A stretch of DNA of 64,000 nt from Bigelowiella natans CCMP2755. Its lineage: Eukaryota; Protista; Cercozoa. The stretch covers positions 37,900 to 101,899 of the forward strand of contig ADNK01001475.1 of NCBI GenBank assembly GCA_000320545.1, in the 5' to 3' direction. A program made the translations under genes and the position numbers. Positions 15,170 to 35,368 of the stretch are shown one piece after another. How positions within the stretch are numbered: the stretch's first letter is position 1; every line of letters starts with the position of its first letter. Below the pieces are notes generated by a model that saw only the letters and a list, made by a program, of their open reading frames with translations, was not told the origin of the DNA and did no database searches.

Positions 15170-15324
15170 CTTCATTAATTTCTATTTGTATTCATCATTA
15201 ATATTCAGTCAGAGATCCGTTCTCATTTGGGTCGTTTTGGCATATCTCAAGGTGGTTCCTCAAGCATAACTGATTTTACACAATAACAGCAGTAGAGATG
15301 ATAATCATGTACAAACTATTATGC

Positions 15325-15359
<35 letters not shown>

Positions 15360-17429
15360 AGCGTTAATAGTTCATAGTTTTTCAGATGATGATTAAGATC
15401 TTCTCTTCCCTCCCTCTCTATCCTTCTCTCTACCTTTATCTTTATCTATTCTTATTCTAAGAGTAGTATACACTGTCATTATCATCCTCATCATCATTAT
15501 CATCATCATCATCATCATCATCATTCGTAATCACCATTATTTCTTACCCTTATCAATTGATGTGTAAAAATGTACACGAGTACAGCAGAATGTGACGAGA
15601 ACGATTTTGGTTGCTCTAAGTTTATTATTAATAGTATCAATTTGTTTGTGGGATAACACGTCTTTGCATGTAGAAAAGCAAAGTCGGCCGATTGAAAATT
15701 TATCAGGAGGGGAGAGGTCACGTGTAGCGTTTGCTCACGTCACATTCCAAAGACCGCATATTTTGGTATTATCTATGAAAATCTATATCATTTATTGTGG
15801 ATATGCAACGAATTTATTCAATTATTTCAAAGCAATATCATATCATACAAACATGTAACTTATCAACACATACACCTACTTCAGTACTGATTGCTTGGCC
15901 ATCATCATGCCATCTCAATATTCAGATCTTGGATGAGCCTACAAATCACTTAGACATCGATACGGTTTGACACAGATTCTTGGATGTTAAATGTAGAAAT
16001 TATGGGTGTACTACTTGTAATCGTATTGAATAGACTTTACAGAAAGATAGCACCAAAGATTAGACCCATTTTGACCGATTTAATAGAAAAATACTTCTCC
16101 TTGAAGTATTAATATTCAACTTTCTAATATATGATTCTTCAAATTCATGCATTAAATAGCAAGGATTGTGAAATAATGACTAATTCGGCAATTTATGATT
16201 TGATTCTTACCAAAGATCGAGGCATTTACTCAAGGTATGTTGCTTTCATCGTTCATACATTATATGCACATATATAGTATATCCTTTGAAATTTTGCTCT
16301 ATTTTGTTTTTGAAATGCAAATTACATCAGGATTAGAAAACTGGGAAGGATCAATAATCGTCGTTTCTCACAATCAAAATTTTGCGAAAAGAATTGCATC
16401 CGAGTTTCTAGCATTAAAGGCCGGAGAGAGGTAACACAGTGTAGAATAAAGAAGAGGACGAGGAGAGGATAAGATATCTAAATCTAGCTACCCTTTGAAC
16501 ATGATGGTGAAAGGAAGGCACCTAAACAGCAGTTAGTTATTCATGTTTGACCGAATATCTAATCCTAGGATAATATATTCATATATATATTTATAATATA
16601 TGATATAGAGAAGCTGTTTTTTCAGATTGTAAAATACGAAATATTATTAACCTAGAGTATTTGCATTGCTTATAAGTTGTTTCATGTGCTTCAAACATAC
16701 AGCCCAAAATATTTCACAAGTCTGGCGAAAGCAAAGCGTCATGCGTAATAAATAGATACATTTAAATATTTTATAAAAAATGGATACCAAATTCAATGCT
16801 CTAACAGAATTCCTATCTACATATTGTATCATATGTATGGGGTATGACAATAATTATGTGAAAAATTGTGTTTTTGACATGTTAGACTCTCTGGATCTGC
16901 AATAGCATTTCAACCTAGTCCTAAAAACAAGAGTAAGTCAACAATGTTTTTACTGGATTCTACAATTTGTTATTCTTATCACTAATGCCCATATTCATTT
17001 TATTCAGATGAATTGATGATAAAGACTGAAAAAGTAGTCCAGAAAAAACAGACGGAGCAGCAGCCCGATAAACTTGACGAAAATCAAATGGCATTGCAAC
17101 ATGAGAATACCAATCAATTTACAACTGGGCAGCTTGTGAAGGTAAAAGGTTTAAGAGGTGAGAAATATTCGAGAAAAGCGGTCGGGCTGACAGAAGCAGA
17201 AGCAGAAGCAAAGAGTTTGAACGGACAGATAGGTAAAATAATACGATTTGATCCGAATCTAGGGAGATATCTGGTACGTGTTGCCGTTGCTCAATTTGAT
17301 GAACATTCAAAGCTTAGGAGCAAGTTTTGGAAGCCTAAATTTGTAGAGCGTATGCTTGCACTCAAGCAAGCTAATTTGTACGCTGTTATTAGGAAAAAAA
17401 AGAAAAAAAAAGAAAAAAATGAAAATTAG
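8305..17429 (+). CDS. ABCF: ABC-F family soluble ATPase (ABCF3/GCN20-like), ~25 exons, with an NBD2 insertion and a C-terminal SH3/KOW-like module
   Basis: NBD1: RYGLVARNGMGKTT (9469-9536), signature LSGGWLMRVSLARG, Walker B LLLLDEPTNHLD, VSHDKDFLN. NBD2: LAILGANG|VGKTT, LAYFAQHH, LSGGERSRVAFA, ILDEPTNHLDIDT, VVSHNQNF. No transmembrane domains. Exons at ~16710-16755 and ~16885-16933 splice in phase into the terminal exon 17010-17429. The 5' start is uncertain. Confidence 0.92.
8403..8530. repeat. Intronic 42-bp tandem repeat x3
   Basis: tttatagtacaacttgtcgtcatcatttgtcctcagataata units. Confidence 0.9.
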
Positions 17430-17449
17430 AACCAAAATTGAAGTGATCA

Positions 17450-18300
17450 AACAGACGACGCTATGTAACCAAAACAGTATGCAGCATTTTAAACTGTTTG
17501 CACTTAGTGCTGTTTGTGTGGCTTCGTCAAATTGATGATGAGACGTTCATGCCATACTAGCATAGCGTGATCAGCCACTCTCTTGAATGAATGACACCGT
17601 ACACGGTACGTCATCTAGATGATGAAGCCAGAATTAACGTTTTGCTTCTGATAATGGCTGGCCAGCTAGCTAGCACCGCAAATGATGTCCCATCATCAGT
17701 CATAGGCACTCAAGCAACCGAATGAGCATGTGCACGAGGACTAGGGGAGTCAAAGTAGGCATCGAAACCATGACCATGCTAGCATGCTAGCACAAGTTGC
17801 AAGATTTTGCAATGCACACATGCATATGTAGCGAGCAAACAAGTGCTATGCATGTGTTATTTACTATGCAAAACATGTCTGCATGGATGTGGAGTCAACA
17901 GCAGCAGCTAGCAGGTTACGCCGGTTTGTTGACTCCATTCTTTGACCAATAAGCAATAAAACCCAGAGCGTGCCTCCACGCATCCTAGCTAGCTGTTGCA
18001 TGTAGCGCTCAGTTTAACAAAGCTTCATTGACGATTCTGCTACGACATGCAAGTCTTGGTAGAAATGTGTGCTTAATTAATACTTCGGAAACACATATGA
18101 TATCGGTACTTGTTTCACTAAATTGCAGGATCAAGAGCAATATTGAAGACTGAACAAACAACATATTTGCTGCTAGTGCTAGCCTTGTTGAATCTGTGTG
18201 ACTTCTCGAGTTTCAACCACATTTTCGTGCTCGTAATAGCGAACCTCGTACCTACAAACAACGATTATTGCAAAGCATTATGTTGTAAGCAACAACTCAA
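17450..18300. other. Partially TpA-depleted, CTAG/CATG/TGCA-rich intergenic domain between convergent genes
   Basis: Many gctagc, gcatgc and tgca motifs (e.g. gccagctagctagc, catgctagcatgctagcacaag); few microsatellites; TpA reduced but not absent. Confidence 0.6.
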
Positions 18301-18645
18301 TACATATACTCATTAAAGAAGAAGATAAACAGACAACACAAAAACAATTCGATAGCGATCATTGAATGAGCACACCAGTCATCATCATCATCATGATAAT
18401 CATCATCATCATCTGCAAGAAGAAGCACCTTACTCCAGGTACAATAATTTTATGGATAATAGCTGGATACCAATTATTGTCCGCAGACCATTTGGCTATC
18501 ACATGCTGATTCATCTGATGATTCATGGACGATGGAGGACACAATTACAATAAATTAAAACAAAATATAAGGTGATAAATCTCATCACAAATCATTGGAA
18601 TATGTATGCAAGGATTTAGTTGATGACTACCTACATAGTAGTACA

Positions 18646-18681
<36 letters not shown>

Positions 18682-19670
18682 ATTCGAGAACAGTAAAATA
18701 ATGTAATCTAAAAGAGTACAAGACATACTCATGTATTATCGTTCATGTCAGTGACTACTTGGTTCTTAAAGTAGTATCACCTCTCGTACTACAAAATGAT
18801 GTATGTATGTTATTATTACTGCTACTTAGTATATTATCTGTGAGTGTACACGAATATCAACCATGTATTATTATTACACAATTTAGAATCGAAGTGTTGT
18901 TGTACACGAATATAGCGATGACCATGTATTGCACTCTTTTCCTTTGTAGTGATGATGATGATAATGATGACTGCTGCTGATCTTTGCGATATCGTTGATA
19001 CTTGCTGTTGTTACTGCTTCTGTTATAGGAGGGGGGGGGGGGGATGATAGTGCTGCTGCTGCTGGTGAAGGTCTGCATTCTTCGTCGTTTGAAAGTAGAA
19101 GAGTGAGGAGGATGATCCAACGCTTGTAGTATATCATCATCATCGTGACCGTAATCATTGTAATCTGCATTCTCTTTTTTGTCGTCGTTGTCATTGTCGT
19201 CTACACCAATGCCATCAAGAACATCATCGAGGACCGAGGAAGATGAATAATCTGCTTTCTACGTACGTCAGCGACAGCACCAGCAAACATAAGAAAATAA
19301 TATAAGGTGAAAAAGGCATAGCAGCAGCATCATTAGAAACTGCATCATCAATGAATCAATGAATCAATGAAAAGACGAATACCAACCACAATAAAGGTAA
19401 AGAAGAAGAAGAAAGCACATAAGATCTCATCAATTAAATGAAGCACACTATATTAATATTGAATAGTGATCATGCTGAGGGTTCAATCTTCCTCGTATTT
19501 CTCGTTGTTGTTGGTGTTGTTGGTTTTATAAGTGATAGATGATAGTACCACCACCACCATCACCACTGCAACTACTACTCCTACTACTACTTCCCGCAGT
19601 GGTAGTGATAGTAGTAGTAGTAGTAGTAGTAGTAATGGTGGTGCTGGTGGTTGTAAGTGGTAGTATCAAT

Positions 19671-19702
<32 letters not shown>

Positions 19703-19756
19703 ACTGACACTAGAATAGTAGTAGTAGTACCGTTGTTCTTTTTCTCTTGTTAAAGA

Positions 19757-19792
<36 letters not shown>

Positions 19793-21879
19793 TTATTCTC
19801 TTTGGCTGTTGCTGCTGCTGTTGTTGATGTTGGCCTCCTCCTCCTCCTCTTCCAACAACAACCTGCTCTTGCTGCTGCTGCTTAGTATTAATCACTACTA
19901 TTTTTGAATTGCTTTCTTCTTCTTCTCCTCCTTCGCCATCTTTGTGTTTCTTGAACCTGATGAATGGATGAATGGATGACTGGATGAATGGATGAATGAA
20001 TCAATGTATCGATAGATATCTAAACATATTTATTACCCTTTCTCCTCCCCCTCCTCCTCCTCCTTCTCCTTCTCCTCCTTATTTGGTGATGCTGCTGGTA
20101 CTGCTGCTGCATTGGTTTTCTTTGTCGTCACAGTAGTAGTAGTCGTTGTCTCCTGCTTCTTCTTCATCATCATCGTCATCATGGCCTTCTTCTTTTTCTT
20201 TCTCTCCTTTTCTTCCTTCTGCATTCGTTTCAGATGTTTCCTATAATAAAAATGGATGGATAAATAAAAAAGGGATAGATGATCAAACAAGAAAACAATA
20301 GCAAGGAAGGAAGAAAGGAAGGGGGAATGATGGGTGAAAATGACAACAACAAATAACAATGGAGCAGCAGGAGCTGCTTCTTTCTACTTTGCATGATTAC
20401 TATTAATATTATTATTATTATCATTATTATTATTATTATTAATGTTATCATTATGATTATTTATAAGAACGCACAAGAGAATTAATCAATCCCCCATAAG
20501 ATGAGAATTCAATCAATTCTCACACGCAAATAGGAACGGACTACTATTTAGCTATACATTACATATATTTATATATTAAACAGCACAACAGAATCTATCT
20601 ACATATGATCGTGAAGTAGTGTACATACATACATACATACATACATACATACAGAAGAACAACTAGTAGTGCTAGTACGTTACTACCCTACTAGCAGCAG
20701 CAGTGTAGTAGTGGCATTGATGGTGGTAGTTGTTGTGGTCATTGTGGTGTTGGGTGATGATTATGATGATGATTGATGATGGTGGTGATGATGATGATGA
20801 TGATGGCACGTGGATCTCAGCTCATCATAGATTTTGTAATAAAAATAATAATAATAATAACAATAATGATAATAAAAGGCATATTATTACACGATGGAGT
20901 TGTTTATAACTTTTCTGTGCTCAACCAGAGCCCCTTTGCCCATCTAAGGAACAACAAACCAGAATAAGAGATTATGATGATGATGATGATGATGATGATG
21001 ACAATGATGATGAAAATCATGTTGATGCAGATCATAAAGAAGTAAGAACAACAGCATCTAAATAACACATACATCGAGAAGAAGCAGCAGCAGCAGCAGC
21101 GGCGGCATCAAAAAGTGTAACTGTATACTAGCTGCTGCACAACTTGACAAAGTGGCAGTATTATCATCATCAATATTAGTTTTAATAGAGGCAGTAGTTG
21201 GAGGTATATTAATTCATCATTTCTACTTTTGGTACTAGTTGGATGCTTATTAATAATCATCATTTATTTTGTATGATATAATTGCTTCTTCTTATACTGC
21301 TAATGCCATAATAATGCGAAATAATTAGTATATCACACAACCTGTAACTTCTCTTCCATCAGTACCCTATTATCATCATCACCATATCAACAACACCAAC
21401 AACAACAACACGTAATATCATCATCATCATCATTATTATTATTATTATGAATTCTCTCATTTCTTACTGCGTGAGCAAAGCTAGTGAGAGTATCATCATC
21501 ATCATCATCATCAGTATCTTCTTCTTCTTTTGTATGGGATACACACATAAATAATAGTGAGACAACCTTATCTTTTGTCTAGAAAGCTCTTTCGCAGCTA
21601 AAGCCGCCTTGTTGTCATTCATTATTTGCTGACACTAAAATTAAGAAAAAGAGAGAAAAGGATGGTTGTAAGTTGTAAGTTCTTTCTATATGATGAAATG
21701 ATGATGATGATGATGATGAACAACAACAAAAAGAAAAGGAAATTCATTGATACAAATATCGGATGATGATACTAAAAACATCATGCATGCATGCATGTAT
21801 ATCATCATCATCATCATCATCACCATCATCATCAACCACCGCCATCTACTTCAGCAGAAAAAAGGTGAGATCAATCTTG

Positions 21880-21914
<35 letters not shown>

Positions 21915-22157
21915 TGATTACTCATAAATCAAGGATATTAAACATGATCATCATCATCATCATCATAATCATTATCAGTAACAGCAAACAACAATAATAA
22001 AGATAAAAATGACAATAATACTCATACTGCATTTACGTACATGACGAGAAATGGTTGTAATAAACTAACAACATAAAACAGCTTCCCTCCATCATCCGTA
22101 ACAACTGCTACTGCTACTGCTACTGCTACTACTACCGGAATTAAATGCAAAAATCGT

Positions 22158-22192
<35 letters not shown>

Positions 22193-22535
22193 CTCCTACC
22201 AAAACATCTAACAATTGAGAAGATATTCCGTTGCTTTCCATACGACGAATGAGCTTCTTATAAAGCTCCTACACAAGTAGCAGTAGAAGTATTCATAAGT
22301 ATGATGATGACCACCATTCATTCTATCTCATGTCTGTCATGCAGTAGTAGTAGTACACAAACAATCAACTATAAAAGGACATTCACATAGTAGTAGTAGC
22401 TTAACAACCGAATTCTTTATTTGGATGACGACGCCGAAATTGGCATTACAATCATCATCATCATTATCATCGTCATCATCATCAGCATATTATTATAACT
22501 ACTATTATAATTTATTATTATCATTTTCCAATAAT

Positions 22536-22577
<42 letters not shown>

Positions 22578-22614
22578 AGATAATAGCACGGGTACAACAA
22601 GGAGGTTTGTTACT

Positions 22615-22648
<34 letters not shown>

Positions 22649-23484
22649 CTGACTATCCGTTTTATCAGAAATAAAGCGCTCTGCTGTTAGTCTCTGCAAG
22701 AATAATAATATTACTAATAATAATTATGATGATGATGATGAGAAGTTACTAGTAAGTCACATCATCACCTATTTATATTATAATTATCATGATGATCAAT
22801 CATTATAAACATTATGAATCACATCATATGAACAGCACCACCTTTCGTTCCTTCTGGATCTCTTCACTTGCCATTTCTGAGGTACTCATATTAACCTAGT
22901 AATGGTTGTAGTTTTTGTATTTCATCATCATCGTCATCGTCACCATCATCATCATTATTATTATTATACACAGTACTATATAGCACTAGTTGGTCTCTAT
23001 AATAATAAGCTCATACTACTACTTCGTAGTACATATTTGACTTTATTATTATTATTTGAAGTCCAATACCCACCAATTGGTTTGGTTTGACTTTACCACT
23101 AAGAACCCTCAATCTCAATTTCTGAACAAGAAGAAACGACACAACGACTATAAGTTTAGGAAGAAGAAGAAGAAAAAGAAGAAAAAGAAGAGAAGGAGAA
23201 GGAGGAGGAGGAGGAGGAGGAGGAGGAGGAAGGATTGGATATGGCATTTATAACTGCTTTGATGACGTTTTGCTCTGGGTAAAGACATAATCATCATCAT
23301 CATCATTATAATTTGAAACAAACTCCTCCGCCCCCCCCCCTTTTGGTTGTTTATAATCATTTTTGTTACTATACAACTCATCATTCTGAGGATTCTGAAT
23401 TGAGGGCTAATACGACGATGGATATCGTCATTTATAATTATGATGATAATCATAATGATGATTCACTATGATGATGTTGTTCTC

Positions 23485-23518
<34 letters not shown>

Positions 23519-23825
23519 CTATGAATCCTTATCATTATCATCATCATACTGGATTTGCTCGTAGATTGCCAATGAGTTGACGGGCTGTTGTTATAAATCA
23601 TAACACTGAGATGTGTATTATCGTCATTATCTGTAGATAAGTTGTTATAAATTACAACGCCAAGATAGATGTGTATCATCATCATTATCGGTAGATAATA
23701 GGTATTAATCTTTAACCAGTGCTGCTGCTACAACAAAACAATCATCATCATAGCTACATTAGTCCAATATTCACAAGCATGCGTTACTATAGCAAAAATA
23801 ACTACTACTACTACTACTACTGCTG

Positions 23826-23856
<31 letters not shown>

Positions 23857-24283
23857 CTTGAGACACATACTGTTTCGAGTCATCACCATCATTTTTAGAT
23901 ACTACAATTTATCAAGAAGAGAGAATCAAGCAACAGAGTTAAACAATTCAGAACGTACTACCGATAATGATGATGATAATGATGACGACGATGATGGTGG
24001 TAATGATGATTATAATAATCTGAACAGCTAATTGAAATGTATTATCGTCCACGATTGTACACTGCAGCAGAAGCATTATAAAGAAACAACACTAGTAATA
24101 TTTGCTTGTGATCATCAATCACTACTGCTGCCACTGCTGCAGTGAGGGCTGCTGTTTGTTGTTGTTGTTGTTCTTCTTTTGTAGTACCGTGATGTTTCAG
24201 ATATAACTCCTTCTCCACTTGGTTTAAAATTGCCTGGTAGACAAGAATGGTGATGATGGTGATGATGGTGGTGATGATAATGA

Positions 24284-24314
<31 letters not shown>

Positions 24315-24838
24315 GTGATGATAATGCTGATGATAGGGATGTGTAAAGCTTTGAGGAGAAGGAGGAGGAGGAAGAGAAATAGAGGAAGAACGGAAAACAG
24401 ACAGTACTCTTCCATCTTTTACAAGTAAACAAGAAGAACAGTATAATAACAAACAATAGTAGTTACATGTAATGATTGTAGTCAGTCATTTTACAGATGT
24501 AATGTAGCGTTATTCAAAAGTTTGTTGTTACTACTTGGGAGGAGGAGGAGCTAAAATATAAAGAATTTGCTGCTGCTGCTAGTGGTGGTGGTTTTATGCG
24601 TGTTATTCTTTTCTTTTGAGTTGTTAGCACATAATAATGCATACATAATACCCCGATTTTCACAGATTCAAATCTATTGAATTCTTTCTTCAGTAAGTTA
24701 CCGATCTAATGATGATGATTTGATGATGATTGATATTACATCTGTCTATGAAAGGAAAGAATAAGATACTGCCCAGCATCGTCATGGCAGTAATTTGTAG
24801 GAGGAGATTGTTGTTGTGATAATAAAAAATAATAATGA

Positions 24839-24869
<31 letters not shown>

Positions 24870-25587
24870 AGGAGAAGGACGAGGAGGATGAACTAACAAA
24901 TAGGTGCTCCTACTTCTACTACTACTACTACTACTACTACTAATAATAATAATAAAACAGCTAGGCACATAAAACATATCATGGTGAGTAATTGCAAACT
25001 ACTAGAATTACCGCAGCTCTCCTTTCCTTCCACAAGATTATTGGATCTTGTCTTTTCTTTGTATTCTGCAGTGATGACGCCTCTACCTTCTGGTGGGTGA
25101 TAGGACAGATGATAGTCATCACCATGATCATCATCATCATCGTAGCAGTGTCATTAATTCCCCCTCCGTGTACTATTAAATCCAAAAGAACGTGTCGTGG
25201 TCTGTTGTTGTTTGTTTGGTTGTTGTTGTTGGCTCCTATGACTGGTGTCGATGCTGCTTGTGCTTGAAGAATCATCAATCTAATCTAATCTGTTACCACA
25301 ACCACCATCACCTACTACTACCTTTTTCTTCATCTTTTTCCTTCGATTTCTCCGCCTATCACCCTCCGTGGTTTTGTTGTTGGCTCTAATAACAATGATA
25401 ATTAAATAATGATTAATAATAATAATCATGATGATGATGTAATAATATAATAATGATAAAATAATAATAATAATAATAATAATACTGCCGCTGCTTAAAT
25501 CAACCACGTAAATTTGAACAACCACTACACGACGACGAAATTACTGCAACACAGTCGCAATGGTGGTGAAAAAGTAATTGAGATAAA

Positions 25588-25630
<43 letters not shown>

Positions 25631-26891
25631 ATTCTCCATGATCTTTTTTCTCTTCTTCTTGATATATATTTGGAAAAGCTACCTATCTGTTCTTCCATTG
25701 AATCCATAACGTCGTCCTTGTCGTGATGATGATGTATATTCCTCCTCAAGATCTTCTTCTTCTTCTTCTTCTTCTTCTTCTTCTTCACCGTCGTCAGACC
25801 CACTGCTACTACTACTATTTCCAAAATCCTTGATACAAATGGTGGTGTGCAAGAAGAAGAAGAATAAGAATAATACCTACCATCACCTAACCCTAATATG
25901 TTCCATATCTCTACCAACCACTGTCTGCTGCTTTTGATTGTTCGTAGTAGTAATAATAGTACCTGAGATGCGCTACTACTGCTGTCATTGTTTCCTTCGT
26001 CATCATCCGAGTCATCAGAGATGATCAATCCTTTCAACACAGCCATATTAAAGAATAAGAATCATCACCGTTTTTCTCAACAACAAGTTATCAATTTGTA
26101 GTTGATGTATGTCGGAACATAAGCCATATTAAAGAATAAGAATCATCACCGTTTTCTCAACAACAAGTTATCAATTTGTAGTTGATGTATGTCGGAACAT
26201 ACAAACAGGGTGATGATGATGATGAATATGTATACACAGTACTCAATCAACACCTGAATCGAAGGTGGTATTGAAGGTATATTCCATTTGAAACTTATTT
26301 GGGTCAAATGACTCCCCTTCCTCTTCCTCCTCCCCCTCTTTCTTGCCATCTTTGTTGTCGTCCTGTTCCCTCCCCCTTGTATCTTCATTCCCATTTTGTG
26401 GCCTTCTTTTCGGATGGCCCTCTCTCGTATTTGTTGAAGAATAAACCACTGCTTTTAGCCCTTGAAAAGTAAGAAAAAGAAAGGGTGGTAAGTACTACGT
26501 AGTAAGTAGTAGTAGTAATTAGAAGAATACAGTGGTTGCTTTTAAGGGTAGCAGACATACTGATACCAAGGCTCGTCACGGCGTACACACATACATACAT
26601 ACTGATACCAAAATGGTCAAGGGACTTCCGCAATGATAATTCCGCCTCTTTTTGAGCAGCATTTTTAAATACGTGCTCGATAATGTGATTCAGTTGATAT
26701 CTGAAATGGGGGGGAAGTAATGGGGGGAGAAAAGGCAAAGGGGAAATGATACGAGGAAACCACCATTTTTATTTAAACTCATGCATGAAAATAATAACAT
26801 GTCGTATGTTTGATGCATTATGCATAACAAATAGAGCAGCATATCTTACGAACACAACAAGCATATTTCAACTTAAACACACACATTCACA

Positions 26892-26949
<58 letters not shown>

Positions 26950-27613
26950 TATGCTCCGGAGCGTAAGTTGCACCGTTACTATCAGTAGCAACATGATCAA
27001 CGAACCTTTCCAAAGTGTCCATCAATGCGAGATATGATGACATAAGCTCCTTCGCTTCTTCTTCTTCTTCCTGGGTTGATAGCGATGATGGTAGAGCAAA
27101 GGTAGTACTACTACAACTACCACTCGATGGATACCTGTTGCTTAATGTACTACGATTACCTGAGGATTCTAAACTACCTTTCCCACCACCACCACCACCA
27201 CCATCACCCCCTCTTGTAGTTGAAGAAGAGAGTATGTCGCTTGTATTCATATCATCGTCCACGTTTGCGTCAGGAATCGGCGGCGTCGTCGCCGTCTTAG
27301 TTTTCTCTGTGTTCTTCTTCGTTCCATTTTCTTCACCAGTAGTCTCTTCTTCTTTTCTAGTCTTATAAACTTTCAAATTGTCTCCTTCACTGTCTAATAA
27401 TGTACTCATCATCCTCTTTTCACCGCTGTGATTCTCCTTCTCTTTTGGCGGTACCCTCGATACCAATTTCTGGGGGGATATGATGCGCTCTTGCCCCAGA
27501 TCTTCTATTTCCTCAATTTCGAGGCCACCATCTAGGAATACAACATTATTCCTCGTACTCGATGGTGTAGTCATGAGGGGGTCACCACCGTGCGAAGAGG
27601 TGTCATCGTTCAT
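18179..27613 (-). CDS. Large low-complexity nuclear protein with a TFIIS central domain and a C-terminal Tudor domain (could be two genes)
   Basis: First exon from ATG 27613 (MNDDTSSH...APEHR). TFIIS-M exons: AILNQVEKELYLKHH (~24200-24240), KQYVSQ|ARQLIGNLRANP (23550-23584)|KLRLRVLSGKVKPNQL (23074-23121)|VNMSTSEMASEEIQKERK (22842-22895), all in phase. Tudor: HVIAKWSADNNWYPAIIHKIIVPGVR|YEVRYYEHENVVETREV, stop at 18179-18181. The middle exons are not fully resolved. Confidence 0.7.
26041..26201. repeat. Intronic 80/81-bp tandem duplication
   Basis: agccatattaaagaataagaatcatcaccgtt(t)ttctcaacaacaagttatcaatttgtagttgatgtatgtcggaacata x2, one 1-bp indel. Confidence 0.9.
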
Positions 27614-28013
27614 CGCGAAAGTGGGTTGTGTTTTGTTTATCCTATGGCAACAAATTACACAACAATCACAAATATCAAATAGATGTTTTAGTAATGAATT
27701 TTGTTCTAAAATAATAATATGAGAATATAGGACACCATCATCTGACGACTAGCAGTTTTAGTCTAATTAAATAAAAAGCTGATGCAAAGTTTTATTTATA
27801 AAGAAACGACCTAATTTATAAGAGAGCGACATAAATTATATAGTAAATTTGGATGTAAGATAGATGCGGTGTTGTAGTCGTTTCAGCAGGATCAACACAC
27901 TACAATTCCAACCTCTCTGTAGGAATGAGAGAGATTGATCATCATCATCACCATCATCACAGCTATTAAATAATAATATCAACGTATATATATGTGTGTA
28001 CTACTTGCTGCAG

Positions 28014-34599
<6,586 letters not shown>

Positions 34600-35267
34600 T
34601 GTTGAACTCTGATGTTGGAATTTGGCTGATTCCAGCATGGCGCTGGTGCATCAAATGACATCAGATTTGAACCACGTGTTCTGCCATCTTCGATCCAACT
34701 TGCGATGATCGACCAATCGTTGAGATGGGCACAGCTAGACAGCAGAGTGAGAAAATTTTTCATTGCAAACAATTTGAACCAATTCGATTTGTTCCATGTG
34801 CGATGGATGGTCGCAACTCACCTTGGAGGTGATGATTGTGCACATCAACTGATGATGTAGCCTGGCTAGCTGGACGCAGCAGTCGATGCGATGCGGTGCA
34901 AACGTGGCTGGCACACAGCTCACCCAGACTTGCCACATTGCCCGCGATCGAATGTGCACGCATGCCGCATGGTTCTCGCATCGCAGGTCTCGCACGAGTT
35001 TTCAAAGTCGCCACTTCACTCGACAAAACAGTGCGTCCGTTGATTGAGCGAAAGTCACTGTTTGCACTCGAACAAGTGAGTGTTGCGTGTTCGAATGCAC
35101 GATGAACGTTTTCGCAATTGTGTTCGGTTGCAACTGCACGACGCACGTAACCGGCCCTGCCAGTGCCAAACCGAACGTGCAAACGTGTGGTTGCGAGCTC
35201 GAGGAGCAAAAAGCACCTGGTGGAGGCACACAGCAACGATGGACACAGTGACACATGATGGACACAG

Positions 35268-35368
35268 CAATGCACTGCGTGCATTGTGTGCATTGTGCAT
35301 TGCATGTCTGTCATGCAGCAATGCACTGCACACGTCATGCACATTGTGCATTGCATGTCTGTCATGCA
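35268..35368. repeat. 51-bp direct tandem duplication whose copies differ only by CA/TG/CG swaps
   Basis: caatgcactgc-gtgcattgtgtg-cattgtgcattgcatgtctgtcatgca (35268-35317) versus caatgcactgc-acacgtcatgca-cattgtgcattgcatgtctgtcatgca (35319-35368). Confidence 0.9.

Noticed and set aside
24979-26046. Possible TFIIS N-terminal/IWS1-type (LW) domain in the minus-strand gene (RQWLVEIW, LDLIVHGG, IILWKE)
   Set aside because: The fragments are suggestive, but I could not assemble an in-phase exon path matching the domain.
26041-26201. Possible duplicated mini-exon (DIHQLQIDNLLLRK) in the 80-bp tandem duplication
   Set aside because: No AG acceptor precedes it, and the flanking exons join in phase without it (TFDS-G|LIISDD), so it is probably intronic.
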